Shown here piece after piece: positions 1-8,618 of a stretch of 64,000 nucleotides of DNA. Location: NCBI GenBank assembly GCA_039931515.1, contig JBDTRU010000016.1; one strand, 5' to 3'. Position 1 is the stretch's first letter, and the number at the start of each line of letters is the position of its first letter. This DNA comes from Rhizobacter sp. (GTDB lineage: Bacteria; Pseudomonadota; Gammaproteobacteria; Burkholderiales; Burkholderiaceae_C). The notes beneath the pieces are model-generated. The model did not search any database, was not told the DNA's origin, and worked only from the letters and a program-made list of their open reading frames with translations. The position numbers and the translations under genes were made by a program.

Positions 1-837
1 TTCCGTCCCGGCCTGCTGCGCCAAGTGGTCAAGCGCTACGCACTGGCCGGCCTGCTGGAAGACCTGCCCTGGTCGCGCGACTTCGCTCCCTTCTTCACCT
101 TGCCAACCGAAGTGCAGCGCATGACGCAGCACGCTTTTGGCGAGTTGCTCAACAACGCCATCGACCACAGCGGCGGTAACTCGGTCACGGTCTCGCTGCG
201 GCAAACGCCCAGCCATGTGCAGCTGTTGGTGTCGGACGACGGCTGCGGCGTGTTCGACCAGCTCTCACGCTCGTTCTCGCTCGACGACCCCCTGCTTGCC
301 ATGCTGGAGCTCAGCAAGGGCAAGCTCACAAGCCAACCCACGCGTCACGCAGGGCGAGGTCTCTTCTTCACCTCGCGTCTGGCCGACGTGTTCGACCTGC
401 ATGCGAACGAAACCGCGTTTCAGCACCGCCTCTGGGAAGGCAACGGATGGCGCCCCGGCCGTGCACTCAAGCACCAGGGCACGTCGGTCTACGCTGCGAT
501 TGCGCTGGACACGACCCGCACGCTTGAATCGGTGCTGCACGCCCACAGCCTGGGCGGTGCAGGCTACGACTTCGAACGCACCGTGGTGCCGCTGCGTCTG
601 ATGGCCTCACCTCTCGCGGGGCTGGACTCGCGAGCACAGGCGCGCCGTGTTGCCGCGCGCCTGACAGCGTTCCGCCGTGCAGAGATGGATTTCGACGGCA
701 TCGCAGCCATCGGCCACAGCTTTGCCGACGAATTGTTCCGCGTGATGTCACCCGAGCTGGGCGAGCTCGACCTGGTACCGATGAACATGTCGCCCGCCGT
801 GGCGGCGATGGTCAAGAGCGTGCGCGGCGACCACTGA
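1..837 (+). CDS. Histidine-kinase-like ATPase (HATPase_c/RsbW-like) fused to a C-terminal STAS-like DUF4325 domain; 5' end lies outside the window
   Basis: Frame is open from base 1 (FRPGLLRQVVKRY...). Motifs: N-box 'FGELLNNAIDHSG', G1 'VSDDGCGVF', 'GRGLFFT'; C-terminal 'DFDGIAAIGHSFADELFR' is typical of DUF4325. Confidence 0.75.
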   Translation, partial: FRPGLLRQVVKRYALAGLLEDLPWSRDFAPFFTLPTEVQRMTQHAFGELLNNAIDHSGGNSVTVSLRQTPSHVQLLVSDDGCGVFDQLSRSFSLDDPLLAMLELSKGKLTSQPTRHAGRGLFFTSRLADVFDLHANETAFQHRLWEGNGWRPGRALKHQGTSVYAAIALDTTRTLESVLHAHSLGGAGYDFERTVVPLRLMASPLAGLDSRAQARRVAARLTAFRRAEMDFDGIAAIGHSFADELFRVMSPELGELDLVPMNMSPAVAAMVKSVRGDH

Positions 838-838
838 A

Positions 839-910
839 TCGTCATTCCCGCGCAAGCGGGAATCCACGACGTGCACCGATGCTGGATTCCCGCCAGCGCG
901 GGAATGACGA
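839..910. repeat. CGTC-type REP doublet (ATTCCC-N8-GGGAAT arms) between convergent genes
   Basis: GTCATTCCCGCGCAAGCGGGAATCCA (841-866) and inverted TGGATTCCCGCCAGCGCGGGAATGAC (883-908); each arm is also a hairpin. Confidence 0.85.
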
Positions 911-913
911 AGC

Positions 914-2125
914 TCAGCCAATGCGCTCGGCCCGATACCCCGCCGCCCGCATCGCGACAAGAATTTCCTCGATGTGCTCCACGCCCCGCGTGTGCACCAC
1001 CACCTCAATCTGAACGCGCTCCACCGACACCGAGCTGAACGCGCGCTGGTGCTGCACCTCGTCGATGTTGGCGCCCAATTTGCCGAGCCGCGTGGCCACG
1101 TCGGCAAGCGCACCAGGCACATCACGCACGTCGAGCCGCAAGCGCGCGAGCCGGCCCGACTTCACCATGCCGCGTTCGATGATCTCGGCCAGTACCAGCG
1201 GCTCGATGTTGCCGCCGCACAGAATCAGCCCCACTTTGCGGCCGGCCAAGCGCGCGCGGTGCTTCATCACTGCGGCCAGACCGACAGCGCCCGCGCCCTC
1301 GACCACGGTCTTCTCGATCTCGAGCAGCATCACGATGGCCTGCTCGATGTCGTCTTCGCCCACCAGCACCACGTCGTCGACCAGATCGCGGATCAGCGGC
1401 GAGGTGATCACACCCGGTGACTTGACGCCGATGCCATCGGCAATCGTCGCCTGCTGCACTTCCAGGTTCTTGCCGTGCTTGGCATTCCATGCCGCGGGGA
1501 AGCGCTCGGTCTGCGCGCCGATGATCTCGATGCCCGGTTTGAGCGCGCGTGCTGCCGTGGCCACGCCACCGATCAACCCGCCACCGCCGATGGCAACCAC
1601 CAAGGTGTCGAGCGACGGCTGCTGCGCAAGCATCTCCAGGCCGATGGTGCCCTGCCCTGCGATCACCGCCAGGTCATCGAAGGGGTGGATCAGTGTGAGG
1701 TTGCGCTCGCGTGCCAACTGCAGGCCGTGCGCCCGAGCGTCGTCGAAGGTGTCGCCCTCAAGCACCACCTGCACGCCGAAGCGGCGCGTGTTGGCGACCT
1801 TCACCGGTGCGGCAAAACGCGGCATCACGATGGTGGCAGGGATGCCCAGCCGCTGCGCGTGGTAGGCCACGCCCTGCGCATGGTTGCCGGCCGACACCGC
1901 GAGCACGCCGCGGGCACGCTCTTCGTCGCTCAGCTGAGCAATCTTGTTGAGGGCGCCTCGCTCCTTGAAGGAGGCGGTGAACTGCAGGTTTTCGAACTTG
2001 AGAAACACCTCGCAGCCGGCCAGCTCGCTGAGGGTGCGCGAGGGCAGGCAGGGGGTGTCGAGAACATGGCCGCGCAGCCGTTGTGCGGCCGCGCGTATGT
2101 CGTCAATCGTGAGGGGGGTGTCCAT
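914..2125 (-). CDS. ilvA: Threonine ammonia-lyase, medium form with one ACT domain
   Basis: PLP motif 'FLKFENLQFTASFKERGA', 'SAGNHAQG', 'IGGGGLIGG'; C-terminal ACT 'DVPGALADV...GANIDEVQH'. Confidence 0.9.
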   Translation of the reverse strand: MDTPLTIDDIRAAAQRLRGHVLDTPCLPSRTLSELAGCEVFLKFENLQFTASFKERGALNKIAQLSDEERARGVLAVSAGNHAQGVAYHAQRLGIPATIVMPRFAAPVKVANTRRFGVQVVLEGDTFDDARAHGLQLARERNLTLIHPFDDLAVIAGQGTIGLEMLAQQPSLDTLVVAIGGGGLIGGVATAARALKPGIEIIGAQTERFPAAWNAKHGKNLEVQQATIADGIGVKSPGVITSPLIRDLVDDVVLVGEDDIEQAIVMLLEIEKTVVEGAGAVGLAAVMKHRARLAGRKVGLILCGGNIEPLVLAEIIERGMVKSGRLARLRLDVRDVPGALADVATRLGKLGANIDEVQHQRAFSSVSVERVQIEVVVHTRGVEHIEEILVAMRAAGYRAERIG

Positions 2126-2161
2126 GCCCCATTGTGGCCTCGCGGCCCAGTACCTTGGGCG

Positions 2162-3688
2162 TCAGCGCACCTCGCGCACCGCCGGGGACGTCCCATCGAT
2201 GACGAAGAGCCGGTTCGGCGCCGAGGGGTGCATGGCAAAGCCGAAGAACTGCCCGAACTTCGCGACGCCCGGCGGCCCGTCGACATGGTCATAGCCGCCG
2301 GAGACGAGAGTCGTCAGGACCGGCGGCAAAGACATGTCCACCTTGTGGATCGTGGCGCCATTGAGCGTGCCGACGTAGAGATCGGTCCCGTCGGTCGCCA
2401 GGGAGGTGACCTCGATGATCTGCAACAGCGTGCTGACAGTCGCGGTCGCCAGATCGACGCGGCGCACGCGCTGGCCGCTGTATTCGGCCACGTACAGATT
2501 GCCCGCGAGCACCACCATGCTGACTGGCGAGTTGAACCAGGCTGCCGTGCCAACGCCCTCGGCATAGCCGTACTTGGTCGCTCCGGCGAACGTCGTCACG
2601 GCACCGGTGGCCAGAACGATCTTGCGGATCTCGCTGTAGTTGTCGGAGACGTAAAGGTTGCCCCCATCGAGAGCCAACGCGACCGGCGCGTTGAATGACG
2701 CGGCAGTCCCGGTGCCATTGACCAGGGTCGCTGCACCCGAGCCGGCCAGCGTACTCACGGTGGCCGTGGCGATGTCGATCTTGCGGACCAGGTTGTTGTC
2801 GGTGTCGGCCACATAAAGATGGGTGCCGTCGGTGACCACCGAATAAGGCCTGTTGAAGCTGGCCGCGGTGCCCACGCCGTTGGTCGAACCTGCGCTGCCC
2901 GAGCCGGCGAGCGTGGTGACTTCGCCGGTGGCAATCACGACCTTGCGGATGGCGTGGTTGAAAGAGTCGGCCACATACAGGTTCGTGCCGTCGCTGACAG
3001 CACCGAGCGGCGCATCGAAGGTCGCAGCGTGGCCGATGCCGTTGGCGTAGCCGCTGATGCCCGTGCCGGCCAGCGTGCTCACCATCACCGTCCACTCCGG
3101 CTGCAGCACAACGTTCTGAGTGCCCATCGTGAATACATCACCCGGCAACAGCGACATCGTCTGGCCATTGATCGCGCCCGTCCAGCCCTTGAAGGTGGAC
3201 GGCACCGTGCGCTTCGTCAGCCCGTGCGGGTTGCCCGGCACGGTGACGACGTCGCCGGCCACGTAGGTCGTTCCGTCCACCGGCACGCTGCCGCCGTTGG
3301 TCCCGGCGCTGCCGTAGGTGACGGTGTAGCCCGGTGCCCACATCGCATACAGCGTGACGTTGGCCGCGGCTACACCCAGGCTGCTGCCCGGCGCATGCTG
3401 GCTGCCGCTGCCGTCCGCGGCCGTGTTCCAGCCGGCAAAGGCCAGGCCCGTCTTGACCAGCGCACCCGTGTTGCCCAACACGGTGGCGCTGCTGTTCGCG
3501 GCGTAAGCCTTGGTGTCGCTGGGTGCGCCGCCACCGGTGCTGCCGTTGGCGTTGTAGACGATGGTGTAAGGCGTGGCTGCCGGTGGGCTGCTGCCACCGC
3601 CGCCACCGCCGCATGCGGCGAGCAGCATCGTGAACAACAGGAGCAGCGGAAGGAAAACGCCGTTGCGGATTTTGAGGGGCATGGTCAT
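2162..3688 (-). CDS. Lipoprotein with two InlB-B/Listeria-Bacteroides-type repeats and an NHL-repeat beta-propeller
   Basis: Lipobox 'LLAAC' plus Gly linker; 'YTIVYNANG...FAGWNTAADGSG...VTLYAMW' repeat twice; NHL units 'LAGSGSAGSTNGVGTAASFNRPYSVVTDGTHLYVADTDNNLVRKI'. Confidence 0.75.
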   Translation of the reverse strand: MTMPLKIRNGVFLPLLLLFTMLLAACGGGGGGSSPPAATPYTIVYNANGSTGGGAPSDTKAYAANSSATVLGNTGALVKTGLAFAGWNTAADGSGSQHAPGSSLGVAAANVTLYAMWAPGYTVTYGSAGTNGGSVPVDGTTYVAGDVVTVPGNPHGLTKRTVPSTFKGWTGAINGQTMSLLPGDVFTMGTQNVVLQPEWTVMVSTLAGTGISGYANGIGHAATFDAPLGAVSDGTNLYVADSFNHAIRKVVIATGEVTTLAGSGSAGSTNGVGTAASFNRPYSVVTDGTHLYVADTDNNLVRKIDIATATVSTLAGSGAATLVNGTGTAASFNAPVALALDGGNLYVSDNYSEIRKIVLATGAVTTFAGATKYGYAEGVGTAAWFNSPVSMVVLAGNLYVAEYSGQRVRRVDLATATVSTLLQIIEVTSLATDGTDLYVGTLNGATIHKVDMSLPPVLTTLVSGGYDHVDGPPGVAKFGQFFGFAMHPSAPNRLFVIDGTSPAVREVR

Positions 3689-3830
3689 GGACGTGCTTCG
3701 GTGGTGGCCGCGGAGCGGCAGGGCCGGGATGGCGCCCGCGATTCTGTTGAATCACAGCCCGCGAGGCTTGAATCGGCGCGACAACCTGCGCACGAAGCGA
3801 GGCCATCCCCTCCTCTCGGGGGGGAGCGCC

Positions 3831-4721
3831 TCAGCCCGTGGAGGGCCGCGTTTGCAGCGAAACGGGAAGCGTCGCTTCGGCCACCACGCCACCCTGCGCC
3901 ATCTGGCGCAACAGGCTGGCCGACATGCCACTGGCCGCCTTGAAGCTGCGCGACATGTGGGCGAGGTCGGAGAAGCCTTCGTCCGTCGCGATGACCGTGA
4001 GGCTGTCCGTCGTGCGAAGGCGGGCGCTCGCGCGCAGCAGGCGCGTTGCGCGGCGCAACAGTTCGGCGGTCACGCCTTCGGCGCGCAGGCGACGCTCCAG
4101 CGTGCGCGGGTGGCAGCCCAGGTGGCGCGCGAGCAGCGCGACCTTGATGCCGCCCCGGTTTTCCAACACGGCGGCCGCCTCGGCCGCGGCGCTGTGTTGC
4201 ACGCCCAACTGGTGCGCGATGCCGGTGATGGAGGTCTGCGCCGACGCGCCCTGATCGGCATGGCGCCCGGCACCGGCCACCAGCGCCGACATCATCGACA
4301 CGACACCCGCGCGGCACAACACCGGGTCGACCGGCGAAGCCCGCAGGTCGCGGTTGACGGCGAGAGCCGGTGCGCCCGCCGCGTCAGCATCCACCAATTG
4401 GATGCTGGTACGCACGCCGACGTTGGCCGATTGCGTGTATGAGTTCAAGGCCCAGACCACGTTGCTGGCATGGCGCAGGCTGCGCATGGCCTGGGTGGCA
4501 GGGTTCAGGTCGGTGGCGAGCCAGTCGCCAACCAGTCGCTCGACCACGCCTTCGGTCGCGCCTTCGCGCTCGCGCGCCTCGCCGGCAATCAGGTAGCGCT
4601 GATACGCCAGATGGCCTTGGCACGCGCGCAAGATCGATTCGGCGAACCGCGCCATCGGAGTCCAGCCCGCACTGGCCTCCAGCGCGAGAACGACAACGTG
4701 ATAAGCCAGCGGGCCCGACAT
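3831..4721 (-). CDS. AraC-family transcriptional regulator (start uncertain)
   Basis: C-terminal double HTH 'LARHLGCHPRTLERRL...IATDEGFSDLAHMSRSFKAASGMS'. Confidence 0.8.
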   Translation of the reverse strand: MSGPLAYHVVVLALEASAGWTPMARFAESILRACQGHLAYQRYLIAGEAREREGATEGVVERLVGDWLATDLNPATQAMRSLRHASNVVWALNSYTQSANVGVRTSIQLVDADAAGAPALAVNRDLRASPVDPVLCRAGVVSMMSALVAGAGRHADQGASAQTSITGIAHQLGVQHSAAAEAAAVLENRGGIKVALLARHLGCHPRTLERRLRAEGVTAELLRRATRLLRASARLRTTDSLTVIATDEGFSDLAHMSRSFKAASGMSASLLRQMAQGGVVAEATLPVSLQTRPSTG

Positions 4722-4752
4722 GCCACGGCGAACGGCGGCAGTGCCTACCGGC

Positions 4753-6183
4753 TCAACCGACCAGGCAGACCTTCAGCATGTTGGTGCCACCCGGGTAGCC
4801 CATCGGTTCGCCGCAGGTGATCGCATACGTGTCGCCCGGCTTCAAGACGCCATTGCTCACCAGCAGCGTCTCTGCATGCTTGAGCGCCTCGTCGCGGTCG
4901 GTGAAGTTGGGCATCAAGAGCGGCCGCACATTGCGGTACAGCGTCATGCGGCGCTGGCTGGTGATCTGCGAGGTGAGCCCGAAGATGGGCACATGGATGC
5001 GGTGCCGGCTCATCCAGAGCGCCGTCGAGCCCGACTCGGTGAGCGCAAGGATGGCCTTGCAGCCCAGGTGGTGGGCCGTGAAGAGCGCGCCCATCGCGAT
5101 CGACTGGTCGATGCGGCCAAATTTCTTGTTGGTGAAACTGGCATCGAGCGCGATTTCTTCGGCGGCCTCTGCTTCGACGCAGATGCTGGCCATCATCTCC
5201 ACCGTCTCGACCGGGTACTTGCCGGCCGCTGTCTCGGCGCTGAGCATCACGGCGTCGGTGCCGTCGAGCACGGCGTTGGCCACGTCGCTCACCTCGGCGC
5301 GCGTGGGCACCGGGTTGACGATCATCGACTCCATCATCTGCGTGGCGGTGATGACGATGCGGTCCATCTCGCGCGCCATCTTGATCATGCGTTTTTGCAG
5401 CGCCGGCACGGCCGCGTTGCCCACTTCGACGGCCAGATCGCCACGCGCCACCATGATGCCGTCGCTCGCGCGAATGATGGATTCGAGCACCGGGATCGCT
5501 TCGCTGCGCTCGATCTTGGCGATCAATGCAGGCTTGTGCTTCCAGGGTTCGCCGGCCACGTTGGCAAGCTGGCGCGCCATCTCCATGTCAGTGGCGTTCT
5601 TCGGGAAGCTCACCGCCAGGTACTCGCACTGGAAGCTCATGGCGGTCTTGATGTCCTCCATGTCTTTCGCGGTCAAGGCAGGTGCCGTGAGTCCGCCGCC
5701 GGCCTTGTTGATGCCCTTGTTGTTGGACAGCTCGCCGCCGATCACGACGGTGGTGTGCACCTCTTCGCCGCGCACCAAATCGACCGTGAGCCGGAGCAAA
5801 CCATCGTTGAGCAGCAGCGTATCGCCGGGGCGCACGTCGCGCGGCAGCTCCTTGTAATCGAGGCTCACGCGCTCGTTGGTGCCGAGGCCCGTGGCGGCGG
5901 CGTCAAGCACAAACTTTTGCCCAGCTTCGAGGATGGTCTTGCCGCCTTCGAACTTGCCGACGCGAATCTTCGGGCCTTGCAGGTCGGCCATGATGGCGAC
6001 CTCTTTGCCCACCGACTTGGCGACCTCGCGCACCATGGTTGCGCGGTCGATGTGGTCTTGCGCCTTGCCGTGCGAGAAGTTGAGCCGCACCACGTCGACG
6101 CCACCGCGGATCATCTTCGCGAGCACCTCGGGTGAGCTGGACGCAGGGCCGAGAGTGGCAACGATCTTGGTGGCGCGGACCAT
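4753..6183 (-). CDS. pyk: Pyruvate kinase
   Basis: 'RATKIVATLGPAS', 'RLNFSHG', 'DLQGPKIR', 'GIMVARGDLAVE', 'ATQMMESM'; ATG at 6183 with GGAG RBS. Confidence 0.97.
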   Translation of the reverse strand: MVRATKIVATLGPASSSPEVLAKMIRGGVDVVRLNFSHGKAQDHIDRATMVREVAKSVGKEVAIMADLQGPKIRVGKFEGGKTILEAGQKFVLDAAATGLGTNERVSLDYKELPRDVRPGDTLLLNDGLLRLTVDLVRGEEVHTTVVIGGELSNNKGINKAGGGLTAPALTAKDMEDIKTAMSFQCEYLAVSFPKNATDMEMARQLANVAGEPWKHKPALIAKIERSEAIPVLESIIRASDGIMVARGDLAVEVGNAAVPALQKRMIKMAREMDRIVITATQMMESMIVNPVPTRAEVSDVANAVLDGTDAVMLSAETAAGKYPVETVEMMASICVEAEAAEEIALDASFTNKKFGRIDQSIAMGALFTAHHLGCKAILALTESGSTALWMSRHRIHVPIFGLTSQITSQRRMTLYRNVRPLLMPNFTDRDEALKHAETLLVSNGVLKPGDTYAITCGEPMGYPGGTNMLKVCLVG

Positions 6184-6223
6184 GGTGTGTCTCCGTTCTT
6201 CTCTTGTTGCGGCGAGTGGCATA

Positions 6224-7417
6224 TCAGCCCTGTGCGCGCTTTTGCAAAATCTCGAAGGCCGGCAGGGTCTTGCCCTCCAGCACCTCAAGGAATGCTCCAC
6301 CACCGGTGGAGATGTAACCCACGTCTTTCTCGATGCCGTACTTGGCGATGGCCGCAAGCGTGTCGCCACCCCCGGCAATGCTGAACGCGCTGGAGGCGGC
6401 GATGGCGCGGGCGAGCGTCTCGGTGCCATGCGCGAAGGCATCGAACTCAAACACGCCGACCGGGCCGTTCCAGACGATGGTGCCTGCCTTCTTCAATTGG
6501 TCGGCCAGCAGCGCAGCCGTCTTCGGGCCGATGTCGAGGATCAGATCATCGGCATCGACGTCGGCCGAGGCCTTCACGGTGGCCGGTGCATCGGCGGCAA
6601 ACTTCTTCGCGGTGACCACGTCGACCGGGATGGGCACGGCCGCGCCGCGCGCCTTCATCGCCTCGATCACCGCCTTGGCCTGGTCGAGAAGATCGGGCTC
6701 GGCCAGCGACTTGCCGATGGGGAAGCCAGCGGCCAGCAAGAAGGTGTTGGCAATGCCGCCACCGACGATCAGCTGGTCTACGTTCTTCGCAAGGGCCTGA
6801 AGAATCGTGAGCTTGGTGCTGACCTTGCTGCCCGCCACGATGGCGACCAGCGGACGCCTGGGGTTGGCCAGCGCCTTGGTGATGGCGTCGATCTCGGCAG
6901 CAAGCAGCGGGCCGGCGCAGGCGATCTTGGCGAACTGCGCAATGCCATAGGTCGAGGCTTCGGCGCGGTGGGCGGTGCCGAACGCGTCGTGCACGAAGAT
7001 GTCGCACAGCGCGGCCATCTTCTTGCTCAGCTCTTCGCTGTTCTTCTTCTCGCCCTTGTTGACTCGGCAGTTCTCGAGCATCACCAGCTGGCCGGGCGCG
7101 ACCGTCACGCCGTCAACCCAGTTGGCCACCACCGGGATCTCGCGACCCATCAACTCACCCATGCGCTTGGCCACGGGGGCCAGCGAGTCTTCTGGCTTGA
7201 ACTCGCCCTCGGTCGGGCGGCCCAGGTGCGAGGTCACCATCACCGCCGCGCCGGCTTTCAACGCAAGCTCGATGCAGGGGATGGAAGCCCGGATGCGCGT
7301 GTCTTCGGTGATGTGGCCGGCGGCGTCGAGCGGCACATTCAGGTCGGCGCGGATGAACACGCGCTGGCCTTTGGCCCGGCCACTGGCCGCAATGTCTACG
7401 AAACGGATGACGTTCAT
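6224..7417 (-). CDS. pgk: Phosphoglycerate kinase
   Basis: '[11 protein letters not shown]', 'SHLGRP', 'HDAFGTAHR', 'WNGPVGVFE', '[10 protein letters not shown]'. Confidence 0.97.
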   Translation of the reverse strand: MNVIRFVDIAASGRAKGQRVFIRADLNVPLDAAGHITEDTRIRASIPCIELALKAGAAVMVTSHLGRPTEGEFKPEDSLAPVAKRMGELMGREIPVVANWVDGVTVAPGQLVMLENCRVNKGEKKNSEELSKKMAALCDIFVHDAFGTAHRAEASTYGIAQFAKIACAGPLLAAEIDAITKALANPRRPLVAIVAGSKVSTKLTILQALAKNVDQLIVGGGIANTFLLAAGFPIGKSLAEPDLLDQAKAVIEAMKARGAAVPIPVDVVTAKKFAADAPATVKASADVDADDLILDIGPKTAALLADQLKKAGTIVWNGPVGVFEFDAFAHGTETLARAIAASSAFSIAGGGDTLAAIAKYGIEKDVGYISTGGGAFLEVLEGKTLPAFEILQKRAQG

Positions 7418-7529
7418 GGTGGGCGCCGATGCACAACAGAAAGGGAATAGGGATTCTAGAGACGGAAGGCCTCGCAAAGTTACGAGCCGGTTCCGAACTG
7501 CCGGAGCATGACATTGGACACCCAGGACA

Positions 7530-7859
7530 TCACCACCCCAAGCCCAACTTGAGTGGGACCAGCACGACCATGCCGCTGATGATGGTGCCGAGAATGCCGC
7601 GGCGCCAGAAGAAATAGGCGGTCGAGGCGGCCACGGCGTACAGCCTCGCGTCTTGCCAGGTGGCGATGAGCTGGCCATCGGTCATCACGACCTCGGGCAC
7701 CAGCACCGCCGCCAGCGCTGCGAGCGGTGCATGACGCAGGCCGCGCTTCACCCAATCGGGCAACGCCAGCTCGCGCTCGGAGATCAAAAAGAATGCGCGC
7801 GTGACCACCGTGACGATGGTCAGGCCGCCGATGGTGATGACGGCGTAGCTGGTGTTCAT
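7530..7859 (-). CDS. azlD: AzlD-family branched-chain amino acid exporter small subunit
   Basis: Hydrophobic 109 aa; '[17 protein letters not shown]'; follows azlC. Confidence 0.85.
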   Translation of the reverse strand: MNTSYAVITIGGLTIVTVVTRAFFLISERELALPDWVKRGLRHAPLAALAAVLVPEVVMTDGQLIATWQDARLYAVAASTAYFFWRRGILGTIISGMVVLVPLKLGLGW

Positions 7860-7869
7860 GGACGGTCCT

Positions 7870-8586
7870 TCATGCCCGGGCCTCGCGACGCGCATGGCCA
7901 TCCATCAACAAGCCCACGCAGACGGCCGCTGCAATCGCCACCACGATGTGCAGGCGCAGCGGCAAGGCGAAAGCGGCAACGGCCGCCGCACCGGCCACCA
8001 CGGCCGAGATGGTGGTGGCGCGGTCGGACACCAGCGAGTACGTCAAGCCCAGAAGCGCCAGCACGCCGGCAAAGCCCAGGCCCCAATCGGTGGGGATCAC
8101 GTTGGCGAGCACGATGCCGAGCACTGAGGGCAGCTGCCACGCCGCCCAATTGATGGCAGACCCGCCAACGAAGTATTCGAACTGGCCTTCGTCGTCGCTC
8201 GGCTGGGGGAAGCGCTTCATGAACAGCACATAGGTCAGGTCAGCGCAGAAATAGCCCAGCAGCAGCCGCTGGCGCCGCGGGTAGCGCATGAAGTAAGGCC
8301 GCCACTGCGCACTGAAGATCACGAAGCGCAGGTTGATGCAGATCGCGGTGGCCCAGATCACCCAGATCGGCGCGCCCACCGCCATGAGCGGAACGGCGGC
8401 GAGCTGCACGCTGCCCGAGAACAGCGTGAAGGTCATGAACAACGCAAGCGGAATCGAGAGCCCGCCCTTGACCATGGCCACGCCGGTCACCAGGCCCCAG
8501 GCCGCGATGCCCAAGGTGACCGAACTCATGTCGCGCAAGCCGGCGCGGAACTGCGGGTGGTGCAGTGTGTCGTCGAGAGAATGCAT
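7870..8586 (-). CDS. azlC: AzlC-family exporter permease
   Basis: 'FSGSVQLA', 'INLRFVIFSA', multiple TM helices; start taken at MHSLDD. Confidence 0.88.
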   Translation of the reverse strand: MHSLDDTLHHPQFRAGLRDMSSVTLGIAAWGLVTGVAMVKGGLSIPLALFMTFTLFSGSVQLAAVPLMAVGAPIWVIWATAICINLRFVIFSAQWRPYFMRYPRRQRLLLGYFCADLTYVLFMKRFPQPSDDEGQFEYFVGGSAINWAAWQLPSVLGIVLANVIPTDWGLGFAGVLALLGLTYSLVSDRATTISAVVAGAAAVAAFALPLRLHIVVAIAAAVCVGLLMDGHARREARA

Positions 8587-8618
8587 GGCGGCATTCTCGC
8601 CTTGGCCTTTGCTGGCGA

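Noticed and set aside
3800-3830. CCCCTCCTCTCGGGGGGGAG as a third REP family or terminator
   Set aside because: Single, imperfect copy with no U-tract.
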